Below are positions 9,498 through 20,004 of a stretch of DNA of 64,000 nt, in pieces. The DNA lies in NCBI GenBank assembly GCA_963848295.1, contig CAWKDB010000002.1, positions 1,024,001-1,088,000 of the forward strand, written 5' to 3'. The DNA is from an uncultured delta proteobacterium (GTDB lineage: Bacteria; Myxococcota_A; Polyangia; Haliangiales; Haliangiaceae). Each line of letters starts with the position of its first letter. The stretch's first letter is position 1. The notes beneath the pieces are model-generated. The model was not told the origin of the DNA, ran no database searches, and was given only the letters and a program-made list of their open reading frames with translations. The translations under genes were made by a program, and so were the position numbers.

Positions 9498-10385
9498 ATG
9501 GCAGTCGCCCGCACCTCTGGCCAAGGCGACGTACGCGTTCCATGTCCGCTGTGCGGCGGCTTGCTTCATCCGATCGCGGGTCGCTGCAAGCACTGCAAGG
9601 CGGACCTCTCGACCTATCGGGGTAGCCGCCCGCAAGCAAACGCGCCGCTGCCGGCGCTCGCGAACGGGTCACCACCGCATGCCGCCCCGCCCCCCGCGCG
9701 CGCCGCCGTGCCGGTGCCGATGCCGATGCCGGTCGGCGATCGCGAATCGCAGCCGGTGCTGCCGCCGCGCCCGACCGGGCGCTCCATGCCGGCGCAGTCG
9801 TCGGGCGGCGTGCTGCGCCACTGGCCGGTCGTCGTGATCGTGCTCGCCGTGATCGCGATCGCCGCCGCGGTGATCCTGATGGTCTGGCCGAAGCACGACG
9901 GCGATCCCGGCAAGACCGGCATGCTACCGCCCGCGCCGGAGCACATGAATACGAGCCCGTTCGCACCGGGCGACCTGTCTCCCTCGCAGCCGCAGGTCAT
10001 TCCGCGTCCGCCCCCGACTCCACCGCAGATCGATCCGCCTCGACCTCCGCCGCCGAGCGACACCCAACTCATCGACCCCGACGATTTCGGTGGCGCGCCG
10101 AATGGCTCGCCGAACACTCATCTACCGGCGTTACCACCCGGTGACAACAACTTCGGGATGACCGTGCTGAAGCACGCGTGCGCGCGCCTGCTCACTTGTC
10201 CCGGCGGCAGCGTGCTTCGCCAGAGCTGCGACATGGTCCACGACCTACCTGACATGCCGATACCGACCAACTGCCCGTCGGCGAAGCAATGTGTCGATGC
10301 GATCGACCACCTGAGCTGCACCGACAACCTAGACTTCACGAACGCGATGACCCTGCCGGTGTGCCTGCAAGCGCTGCAGTGCTAG
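9498..10385 (+). CDS. Zinc-ribbon / TM / Pro-rich / Cys-rich membrane protein
   Basis: CPLC..CKHC at the N-terminus, one TM helix, Pro-rich linker, 8-Cys C-terminal domain. Confidence 0.7.
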   Translation: MAVARTSGQGDVRVPCPLCGGLLHPIAGRCKHCKADLSTYRGSRPQANAPLPALANGSPPHAAPPPARAAVPVPMPMPVGDRESQPVLPPRPTGRSMPAQSSGGVLRHWPVVVIVLAVIAIAAAVILMVWPKHDGDPGKTGMLPPAPEHMNTSPFAPGDLSPSQPQVIPRPPPTPPQIDPPRPPPPSDTQLIDPDDFGGAPNGSPNTHLPALPPGDNNFGMTVLKHACARLLTCPGGSVLRQSCDMVHDLPDMPIPTNCPSAKQCVDAIDHLSCTDNLDFTNAMTLPVCLQALQC

Positions 10386-10421
10386 CCCGCGCCCGACGCT
10401 GACCTCTGCTACGGTCTCGAC

Positions 10422-11288
10422 GTGAGCTTCGCGCGCCCGCCGTTCGAGATCCTTCGCGCCCCCGCCGCGATGCGCGCCCGCGCCGAGGATCTGCGCCGCG
10501 ACGGTCGCCGGATCGCGGTCGTGCCGACGATGGGAGCGTTGCACGCCGGCCACCTCGCGCTCGTTCGGGCCGCGCGCGCTCGCGCCGACGTCGTGATCCT
10601 CACGATCTTCGTCAACCCGACGCAGTTCGGCCCGAACGAAGATCTCGCGAAGTATCCTCGCGACGAAGCCGGCGACCTCGGCAAGGCGCGCGAAGCCGGC
10701 GCCGACCTCGCGTTCTGTCCCGATGCAGCGGCGATGTATCCGGCTGGCGCGCAGACGTTTGTCGAGGTTCGCGAGCTCCAGCAGCCGCTATGCGGTGCCC
10801 GCCGACCCGGCCACTTCGCCGGTGTCGCGACGATCGTGACGAAGCTATTCCACATCACGCAGCCGCATCTCGCCGTGTTCGGCGAGAAGGATTACCAGCA
10901 GCTCGCGATCCTGCGCCGGATGACTCGCGACCTCGACTTCGGGATCGAGATCGTGTCGGTCCCGATCGTGCGCGAGCCCGATGGCCTCGCGATGAGCTCG
11001 CGCAACGCGTACCTGTCCGCCGACGATCGCAGGGCCGCGCTCGCGCTGTCCGCTGGGCTCGCCGCCGCGCAAGCAGCGTTCGCCGCGGGTGAACGCGATG
11101 CAGGCGTCGTCGTCGCCGCGGCGCGCGCGCCGCTCGAACACGAGAGTCGCGTGCGAATCGATTACGTCGAGCTGCGCGACGCCGACGAGCTCACCGAGCT
11201 CGCCCGCATCGAGAAGCCCGCGGTGCTCGCGATCGCGGCGTTCCTCGGCAAGACCCGGCTGATCGACAACCGCGTGCTCGGCGCCTAG
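10422..11288 (+). CDS. panC: Pantoate--beta-alanine ligase
   Basis: VPTMGALHAGH, FVNPTQF, RPGHFAGV, FGEKDYQQ, GLAMSSRN, RLIDN. Confidence 0.97.
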   Translation: MSFARPPFEILRAPAAMRARAEDLRRDGRRIAVVPTMGALHAGHLALVRAARARADVVILTIFVNPTQFGPNEDLAKYPRDEAGDLGKAREAGADLAFCPDAAAMYPAGAQTFVEVRELQQPLCGARRPGHFAGVATIVTKLFHITQPHLAVFGEKDYQQLAILRRMTRDLDFGIEIVSVPIVREPDGLAMSSRNAYLSADDRRAALALSAGLAAAQAAFAAGERDAGVVVAAARAPLEHESRVRIDYVELRDADELTELARIEKPAVLAIAAFLGKTRLIDNRVLGA

Positions 11289-11914
11289 GCCGCGCGCGCG
11301 ATCTGGCCGAGCTTCGCGGCGAGCCCGCTGCGATAGAACCGGCGCAGCTCGCCGAGCATTTCGGGAATCTTGCTGCGCGCGACGAACTCGCCCTCGAGCC
11401 ACGCCGCATAGCGACTCGCATTGTCGTTCGCGGCGCGGTAACGGTCGCGTTCGTCGTGGTCGAGGTCCTCGTCGTAGTCCGCGGCGGCGAACAGCCGGTG
11501 GCGCAGCGGCACCGAGGCGTCGGGGCCGATCGCGAGCAGACACGTGACGTACTTGTCGACCTCGGCTTGGAGCTCGAGCTCGAGCTGGCTGACCGGGCGC
11601 TCCGCACGCGCGCATTGGATCGCGTAGATGAAGTGCGAGACGCCCTCGACCGCGAGCAAGAAGTCTCCGAAGTTGTGGTCACCGAGCCGGCCGGCGTCGC
11701 TGCGATCGAGGTTGACCAGCGCCCGCGGATCGACGAACAGCGCGAGTGACATCTCGCCATCGTGCTCGCACACGAGCAACTGTTCGCGTGGGCGGCGTTC
11801 GGGCTGCAGGCCGTCGCGAGTCGGCTCGTCGATCATGAAGTCATCGACGTCGACGCCGGTCGAGACCCGGTACAACGCCTCGAGCCCGCGTTGCACGCGC
11901 GCGAGCGTTTTCAC
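11285..11914 (-). CDS. Hypothetical protein with zincin-like EGVSH / ELQAE motifs
   Basis: GTG at 11914 shares a base with the upstream stop; stop overlaps the panC stop; LAVEGVSHF..ELELQAEVDKY. Confidence 0.7.
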   Translation of the reverse strand: MKTLARVQRGLEALYRVSTGVDVDDFMIDEPTRDGLQPERRPREQLLVCEHDGEMSLALFVDPRALVNLDRSDAGRLGDHNFGDFLLAVEGVSHFIYAIQCARAERPVSQLELELQAEVDKYVTCLLAIGPDASVPLRHRLFAAADYDEDLDHDERDRYRAANDNASRYAAWLEGEFVARSKIPEMLGELRRFYRSGLAAKLGQIARAA

Positions 11915-12474
11915 TACTGGATCACTTTGTGGGCCGGATCGACGAGCACGCCGGCGGCGCGCAGCTTCTTCTCGATCCACTCGTCGCGCGTCCGCAGCCA
12001 CATCTCGTACAACTTCGTGATGTCGGCGCTCGCGAAATCGGTGCGCTTGCGTACCTCGGCGAGCACGTCGACGAACTGCGGAAACTTGTCCGCGAGCTCT
12101 TCGTAGACCTCCGAGATCCGCGCGCCGCGGCTCATCGACCGCGCGAGCTGCGCGTATGCGCTCTGGCCGAGCCCGACGTAGTAGTCGACATCGACCAGCG
12201 ACCGCGACAGCGACTCCGCGAAGAACCCCGCGACATATAGGGACGTGTCGCCGACGTGCTTGAGCGTGCGTACCCGTTCACCAGGGTCCGCGCCGGGTTG
12301 CGCGAGCTTGACGCCGAGCGGCTCGTCGGTGAGCCGCGCGCGCGTCATGTCGCCGAGTAGGCCGACCAGGTACCAACTCGCGGGCTCCGAGGCCGCGAGG
12401 TCGACCACCGATAACGCATCGGTCACGACCTCGTGAAAGAACTCGTCGACCGAGCTGGCGAGAGTAACGTCCAT
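11914..12474 (-). CDS. Conserved-looking hypothetical helical protein
   Basis: MDVTLASSVDEFF..LKHVGDTSLYVAGFFAESL..DYYVGLGQSAY..LYEMWLRT; coupled to the downstream gene. Confidence 0.75.
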   Translation of the reverse strand: MDVTLASSVDEFFHEVVTDALSVVDLAASEPASWYLVGLLGDMTRARLTDEPLGVKLAQPGADPGERVRTLKHVGDTSLYVAGFFAESLSRSLVDVDYYVGLGQSAYAQLARSMSRGARISEVYEELADKFPQFVDVLAEVRKRTDFASADITKLYEMWLRTRDEWIEKKLRAAGVLVDPAHKVIQ

Positions 12475-12630
12475 GATTCTGATCTTCGGCCGCATCTGAG
12501 ATCGCGCAAGAACTCGGCGATTCCATATGCTTAGAGAACGCTCCGGAACGGCGTTCTCGGCAGCCCGCGGTGTGGGCGGATCTGCGACCCGCCCGCTCGT
12601 GTCGTTACCAACGAAATCCGCAGCCTACGC

Positions 12631-12660
12631 CCTTGCCAAGGGGCTCTCGGGGCCTTATCT
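12631..12660 (+). promoter_or_regulatory. Possible sigma32-like heat-shock promoter of groESL
   Basis: CCTTGCCAA..CCTTATCT resembles CTTGAA..CCCCATNT; lies just upstream of CIRCE. Confidence 0.4.
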
Positions 12661-12669
12661 CCAGGCTCG

Positions 12670-12696
12670 TTAGCAGTCGTCTGTGGTGAGTGCTAA
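12670..12696 (+). promoter_or_regulatory. CIRCE element (HrcA operator)
   Basis: TTAGCAGTC-N9-GAGTGCTAA, one mismatch to TTAGCACTC-N9-GAGTGCTAA, upstream of groES. Confidence 0.93.
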
Positions 12697-12727
12697 CAAA
12701 ATCCAGCTTTCCCCGAGGAGACCCGTC

Positions 12728-13017
<290 letters not shown>

Positions 13018-13028
13018 GGAGTAGGACC

Positions 13029-14693
<1,665 letters not shown>

Positions 14694-14715
14694 CTCGGCT
14701 CGTGCGCTGCGGAAG

Positions 14716-14745
14716 CGGCGGCCATCGTGGCCGCCGTTTTGCTTT
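14716..14745 (+). terminator. Intrinsic terminator after groEL
   Basis: cggcggcca-tcg-tggccgccg followed by ttttgcttt. Confidence 0.85.
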
Positions 14746-14754
14746 CCGGAGAAC

Positions 14755-14781
14755 GAGTACGTGCACGTGCCACGTGTCACG
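14755..14781. repeat. REP-like palindromic element, copy 1
   Basis: gagtacgtgcacgtgccacgtgtcacg; 25/27 identical to the reverse complement of 39816-39842. Confidence 0.7.
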
Positions 14782-14813
14782 TGCTCCGTGCTCGTACGCG
14801 CTCCGGCCTTGGC

Positions 14814-15131
14814 CTACCGCCCGGGTCTGCGGACGATCAGCTCGGCCCTGGGCAGCCCGCGCTCGCGCGTGAGCTGCGCGTGCTCGGTCTCCCAGCTCGC
14901 GGCGCGCCACGCGAACGTGAGCTCGGCGATCCACCACGTGACCGGTGCGATCACACCGGCGGTCAGCGTCAGCTGGAGCCGCGGCCACTCGCCGTGGAGA
15001 TCGCGCGCGAGCCAGGCGATCGCGAGCGGCGACAGCACCACCGCGCCGAGCACGGCGAGCTTTCGCCGATGGCGGTCGAGCCAGCGCACGCGCTGCGCGA
15101 GTTGCTCGAGGCGATCGGACGCGTCGCTCAC
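14814..15131 (-). CDS. Small two-TM membrane protein
   Basis: Two hydrophobic segments; GTG start 7 nt after TGCTACGCT. Confidence 0.6.
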   Translation of the reverse strand: MSDASDRLEQLAQRVRWLDRHRRKLAVLGAVVLSPLAIAWLARDLHGEWPRLQLTLTAGVIAPVTWWIAELTFAWRAASWETEHAQLTRERGLPRAELIVRRPGR

Positions 15132-15148
15132 TCGATTCAGCGTAGCAC

Positions 15149-15571
15149 CTATTGATGTAGGTCTTCGATGCAGTCGAGTTGCGCCTGCGCGCTCGACTGC
15201 GTCGCATGACCGGTCGTCGCGTCGCACGTGAAGTGCTCCGCCATGCATGCGTAGGTTCGTTGGTTCGCAGGCTCGCCTTGCACCGCCGGGTCACTGACTC
15301 GGACGATCGCCGACAAGCACGAGTCGCGTCCCGCGCCAGACAGATGTTCGCAGCACGCTTGCTCGTCGGAGGTCGCCTGCGCGTACACCGCGCCGTTGTG
15401 GTGATGACCGCCACACGCCGCGATCGTCAGCGCGATCCAGGCGCGAACGGCAATCGACAGTGTGGCGCGCGCTCCAGTGAAGCGCCGTTCACGGATCGCG
15501 GTTGCGAGGATGTCGCGACCGAAGACAAACGCGTGCAACTGCTGGGCAGCTCGATCATTGCGGTAGCTCAT
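15149..15571 (-). CDS. Cys-rich putative lipoprotein (start uncertain)
   Basis: IAAC lipobox-like motif, then CC..C..C..C..C. Confidence 0.55.
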   Translation of the reverse strand: MSYRNDRAAQQLHAFVFGRDILATAIRERRFTGARATLSIAVRAWIALTIAACGGHHHNGAVYAQATSDEQACCEHLSGAGRDSCLSAIVRVSDPAVQGEPANQRTYACMAEHFTCDATTGHATQSSAQAQLDCIEDLHQ

Positions 15572-15636
15572 GGCAACGCTACAACGCAAGCGCCCTGCCA
15601 TCTCGTCGCGGCACGACGCTCGCAACTTGCCGGCGG

Positions 15637-16983
15637 ATGCGCGTTGCTCGACTAGGTTGTGCGTTGCTCGCGATGTCGGCATGTGGAGCTCGCTATCGCA
15701 CCGAGCTGATCGGCCACGGGGTCGCGATCATCGGTCCGGCGCCGATCGGGGCGCCGCCGGTCGCGATCGTTCCGGGCGACTACGAGATCGCCGTCCACTT
15801 CTCGGTCCCGCGCGCCCAGATCGTCGACTGGAAGGTCGCATGCGCCGACGCGACCGCGGATGGCCAGCTCGGCGAGACCTTCGACGCGTATCGCGGGCGC
15901 CGGATCGCCGAGCTCCGCCACGACCGCGATCAGAAGAAGGCGACGATCTCCGCGATCACCGGTGCGCTGGTGGGAACGGTCGCGCCACCGGTGCAAGCGC
16001 GGGTGAGCGTGCCCGGCGGCCAGGCCACCGCGACGGTCTCGCCGGGTGCGGCGGTCGGGTCGGCGGTCGCGGATGCCGCGGTCAGCGACGACATCGTGTT
16101 GCCGCCGGGCGACGTGGGCGGCGGCACGCTGACCAAGAAGATCCGGCTGGCGGCGGCGACCGCCGGCAACTGCTCGCTGACCGCCACGGCCGATGACCCC
16201 GTCGTAGGCACGTTCGACGTGACTCGCATCCACGACCTCGCCGCCGAGGCCCGCGCCGCCGATGAGCTACGCCGCGCCGCCGCGATCGATGTCCGCGCCC
16301 ATGTCGTCGCGCAGCTCACCGCATCGGGCGCCGATCCCGAGCTCCGGCTACGGCTCGCCGCCGTCGCGACCGCCGAAGCGAACCGGCGGGCCGCGATCGT
16401 CACCGCCGAAGCGAACGCGCGCCTCGCCGTGGCGTTCGAGCTCCGCGCACGGATCGAAGGAGAGCTCGTCGGCTGGGGGGCAGTCGCGGGGATGCGCGCG
16501 CGGCTGATCGCAGAACGGCAGGCCGCGGCCGCCGAGGTCAGGATCGAGCGCGATGCGATCGTGCAAGCGAGGCTCGACGCGGAACAACGACGGATGACAT
16601 CCGCGCTCGCCGCACGAGGTGAGGTTCGCGCGTATCTCGTCGCGCTCGGTGCGCGCGAGCGGCCCGCGATGCCCGATCCGATCGACGAGCCACGTGGCAG
16701 CGCGCCGTTCATAGGCGCGACGTGGCTCGACGGCCACTGGACCTGGAGCGGCGAGGCATGGGAGTGGACCAAGGGCGGCTGGGACGATCCGCGAACGTTT
16801 GGTCCGAGCGGCGGCCCGGATCCGGTCGGCGCGGCTCCGAGCGTCGGGCTCGAAGCCCCGGCCGTCGCGATCCCCTCGGTCGTGGTTCCGGTACGGGTCG
16901 AGGTTCACGTCCCGGTGCGGATCGACGTGCACGTCCCGGCGCGCAAGCTGGTGCACCCGCCCGAGCCTCTCAAGAAACGCTAG
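15637..16983 (+). CDS. Putative lipoprotein with coiled coil and YXWGXW-like Trp repeat
   Basis: MSAC lipobox; WLDGHWTWSGEAWEWTKGGW. Confidence 0.65.
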   Translation: MRVARLGCALLAMSACGARYRTELIGHGVAIIGPAPIGAPPVAIVPGDYEIAVHFSVPRAQIVDWKVACADATADGQLGETFDAYRGRRIAELRHDRDQKKATISAITGALVGTVAPPVQARVSVPGGQATATVSPGAAVGSAVADAAVSDDIVLPPGDVGGGTLTKKIRLAAATAGNCSLTATADDPVVGTFDVTRIHDLAAEARAADELRRAAAIDVRAHVVAQLTASGADPELRLRLAAVATAEANRRAAIVTAEANARLAVAFELRARIEGELVGWGAVAGMRARLIAERQAAAAEVRIERDAIVQARLDAEQRRMTSALAARGEVRAYLVALGARERPAMPDPIDEPRGSAPFIGATWLDGHWTWSGEAWEWTKGGWDDPRTFGPSGGPDPVGAAPSVGLEAPAVAIPSVVVPVRVEVHVPVRIDVHVPARKLVHPPEPLKKR

Positions 16984-17300
16984 TTGCTGCCGTCGTCACT
17001 GCATGCGCGCGCTTGAGTCGCGGTCTTCGCCGCGATCATGCAGTCGATCTGGCTGTCGTTGTTCGCGGCGGTGCACTTGCTGACCACGACATCGATGCGA
17101 TCTTCGATCTTCTTGTCGAGCTTCGCCGTCTCCTCCTTGCGGACGAGATCGCGCTTGTCCGGCGGCGCCGCGGCGATGTCCTTGTTGGCTTGGTCCCAGA
17201 ACAGCAACGTGAAGTAGTTGCGAATCCCCTTCTCGCACTTCACCGGGTCGCCCTTGCAGCCGAGCGTGACAACGCACACGAGTAACAAGGTCCAGCGCAT
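16980..17300 (-). CDS. Small Cys-containing lipoprotein
   Basis: TLGC lipobox, four further Cys, stop overlaps the convergent gene. Confidence 0.7.
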   Translation of the reverse strand: MRWTLLLVCVVTLGCKGDPVKCEKGIRNYFTLLFWDQANKDIAAAPPDKRDLVRKEETAKLDKKIEDRIDVVVSKCTAANNDSQIDCMIAAKTATQARACSDDGSN

Positions 17301-17341
17301 GCCCCTCGCCTACCACGTTTGCAGCGGTCTAGGATGCGACG

Positions 17342-18466
17342 ATGCGTCGCCCCTGCCTGACCGCCCTGGCCATCGGCCTAGCGGCGAGCGCGGGGGCCGC
17401 GCGAGCGACGCCGTGGGGACTCAGCGCCGAAGCCGGCGCTGAATACGACACGAACGTCGAGCGCGTCGAGACCGGCCCCGGGCTCGATACCGCGCCGATC
17501 GCGTCGGGCGTGCTCCGTCTCGGCGTGCGCGCCGATCACAAGGGCGACGTCGCGGGTGGCCACTACGCGCTCGCGTTGTCGGACCTGACGCGTGTCGTCT
17601 CGACTGGTACCGCCGAGATCGAGGATGTCACGCTGCTCGCAGGCGACGTGCGCTGGCTGCACCCGGTCGGCGATCGCCCGGTGTCGCTCGGCTTCGGCTT
17701 GACCGCCGCCGATTCGCAAGCGATCGCGGATACGGTCGGTGCGCGCACGTTCGTCAACCTCGGCGGCGATCTCCTGCTGCAACTGCGCGACACCGACGAT
17801 CGCCGCCTGACGCTCGCGGTCGGGGGCCGCCATTTCGAGTACAAGCCGGACGAGGAGTACGACTGGGACGGGCCGACCGCGAACGCGCGACTCGATGTCA
17901 CGCTCTATCACTCGGACGATCGGACGCGCAGCCTCGAGCTCGCGACGCTGCTCGCGTTCGAGGCGCGGATGTACGGCAGTGCGGCGCTCGGCAAGTGCGC
18001 GCCCGGCCAGCCGCCGGACTGTGTCGTCGCGACCGAGATCTCGCGCGCCGATCGCTACCAGCGCGCGGGTATCGAGCTGACCTACGTCGGCCGTCAGGTG
18101 CTATCGCTCGGCTACGACGTCTCGGTCGTCGACTCGAACAGCTACGGCCAGTCGCTCGTACGCCATCGCGTGACCGCGTCGGCGACGACCTCGCTGCCCC
18201 ACAAGCTGTACTTCACCGCGATCGCGATCTTGCAGATCGACGACTACCTCGACGGCCTCGTCCTCCAGCAAGATCTCCAGCACACGTCGTTCACCAGCCT
18301 CGACGACGAGAACCGCAGCTCGATCCAGCTCCGACTCGCGCGCGCGCTGACACCGGCGTGGTCGATCGAGGTGCGCGCCGCGGCGTGGCGCAACATCGCC
18401 GGCGATACGATGGACCTCGCGTTTCACCGCGAGCTGGTCTCGCTCGGCGTCGTCTACAACAAGTAG
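17342..18466 (+). CDS. Putative outer-membrane beta-barrel protein
   Basis: Signal peptide (ARA), GAEYDTNV, alternating amphipathic strands, C-terminal LGVVYNK. Confidence 0.65.
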   Translation: MRRPCLTALAIGLAASAGAARATPWGLSAEAGAEYDTNVERVETGPGLDTAPIASGVLRLGVRADHKGDVAGGHYALALSDLTRVVSTGTAEIEDVTLLAGDVRWLHPVGDRPVSLGFGLTAADSQAIADTVGARTFVNLGGDLLLQLRDTDDRRLTLAVGGRHFEYKPDEEYDWDGPTANARLDVTLYHSDDRTRSLELATLLAFEARMYGSAALGKCAPGQPPDCVVATEISRADRYQRAGIELTYVGRQVLSLGYDVSVVDSNSYGQSLVRHRVTASATTSLPHKLYFTAIAILQIDDYLDGLVLQQDLQHTSFTSLDDENRSSIQLRLARALTPAWSIEVRAAAWRNIAGDTMDLAFHRELVSLGVVYNK

Positions 18467-19432
18467 TCACCGGTGGCCGCGCAGCGCTCGCGCGCGCGCT
18501 TCGATCGCGTTGCGCTGATCGGTCAGGCGCTTGAGCCGCGCCCTGACCGCATCGCGCATCTTCTCCGCCGCTGCGGCGCGCTGTGCGGGATCGCCGGAGA
18601 GCTGCGCGCGGGTCAGCCCGTCGATCGTCGCGTGATCGACGACGTCGGCGAGCACGATCGAGATATCGGTCTCGAACGTGCGGTTATCGGTCAGAGCCTG
18701 CGTGTGATCACCGCCGGCCAGGTTCGTGGTCGGGCTCGCGGCGCCGAACGTCTCGGTCCCGCTAGAACGAGGCGTCGCGCGTTGCGGCTCATCGTCTTCA
18801 CGCCGGGCGACGTCGATCGCGCGCTTGTGGTTCTTGTCGAGCTCGGCACGTTGCTCGAGGTCTTGCGCTTGGCGATCGAGCTCGCCGGCTTGCTTGGTCA
18901 ACTGCGCTTCGTCCTCGCGCAGCGCCTTGGCGCACTGGTCGAGCTCTTCCGGATCGGCGGCCGGATCGGCGTCGCAGTTCGGGATCACGATCTTGCGCGG
19001 CGCCTGCTGCGCCGGCACGACCCTCGCTCGCAGCGCGGCGAGCTGCTGCGCGCGCGGCGCCGGCGGCGTGGTCGCGAGCTCGGCATCGATCGCGACGATC
19101 AGCTCGTGGCGCGCGGCGGCGAGTGCAGCTTGCGCGGTCGCGACATCCCGACTCGCGCGCGTCAGCTGGTTCGCGGTGTCGGACGCATCGGCGAGCGCGG
19201 ACCGCAGCTCGCGATCCCGGCTCCACGACGGCCGCTCGGTCTTGAGACCGTCGATCGCGTTCTGCTCGTCGGCATAATGCCGGCCGAGGTCGGCCTGCTT
19301 GGCCACCGCTTCGCTCGCCTTGCGCTCCGCCGCGGTCGCGCCGGCCTGGGCGCGGTCGACCCCGCCGACGGCTGGATCGGCCCATGCGGCGGCACATGCC
19401 ACCGTCACGAGCACAGCTGCCAGCCAACGCAT
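18467..19432 (-). CDS. Secreted coiled-coil protein
   Basis: Signal peptide MRWLAAVLVTVACAAAWA; long Ala/Glu/Arg-rich helical stretches. Confidence 0.65.
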   Translation of the reverse strand: MRWLAAVLVTVACAAAWADPAVGGVDRAQAGATAAERKASEAVAKQADLGRHYADEQNAIDGLKTERPSWSRDRELRSALADASDTANQLTRASRDVATAQAALAAARHELIVAIDAELATTPPAPRAQQLAALRARVVPAQQAPRKIVIPNCDADPAADPEELDQCAKALREDEAQLTKQAGELDRQAQDLEQRAELDKNHKRAIDVARREDDEPQRATPRSSGTETFGAASPTTNLAGGDHTQALTDNRTFETDISIVLADVVDHATIDGLTRAQLSGDPAQRAAAAEKMRDAVRARLKRLTDQRNAIEARARALRGHR

Positions 19433-19560
19433 CGCCTCAGAGTTAAGCAGCCCCCGTGCCACGCACAAGGCCTCGATGTCACCGGGTTCAGCCCGCCGAA
19501 ACCTCTAGATCGTGAAGCCGGACAACCTGCCCCCCTCAGGAATCTGAGGCCCGAGGCGGA

Positions 19561-19953
19561 TTAGGGGGCGACCCGCTCACCCGCGAGGCGCAAGGTGAGA
19601 TAGCGCAGGGCCGCGGTCGCGTGGGTCGCGAGCACCGCGAGTGGCTCGCCGCCCGGCCGGTGCCACACGAGATAGTCGCGGCCGGTCGCGTCGACGATCG
19701 CGTGAAATCGCATGTGGACGAGCGCGAACCCGCCATCGAGCTCGAGCCGATCGCCATCCGGCGCGATGCCCTCCTCGAGCGGCCGGCCGTAACGCGTCAT
19801 CACGCGATCGACCGCGGCGACCGAGAGCTCGCCGCTCGCGCCTTCATCATCCTCGAGCGCGAGTCGGTCCGCCCCACGCCGCGCCCAGCTACGCGCGATC
19901 TGGCCGTCCGCGCGGATCCGCTCGTCGAGTAGCAGCCGCGGCTCGCCTGTCAT
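19561..19953 (-). CDS. Hypothetical protein
   Basis: MTGEPRLLLDERI..; fills the gap, protein-like composition. Confidence 0.55.
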   Translation of the reverse strand: MTGEPRLLLDERIRADGQIARSWARRGADRLALEDDEGASGELSVAAVDRVMTRYGRPLEEGIAPDGDRLELDGGFALVHMRFHAIVDATGRDYLVWHRPGGEPLAVLATHATAALRYLTLRLAGERVAP

Positions 19954-20004
19954 CGCGCCATCGTGCGACTTGCGCGGTGGAGGATCAACCGGGAAACTCC
20001 AGCC

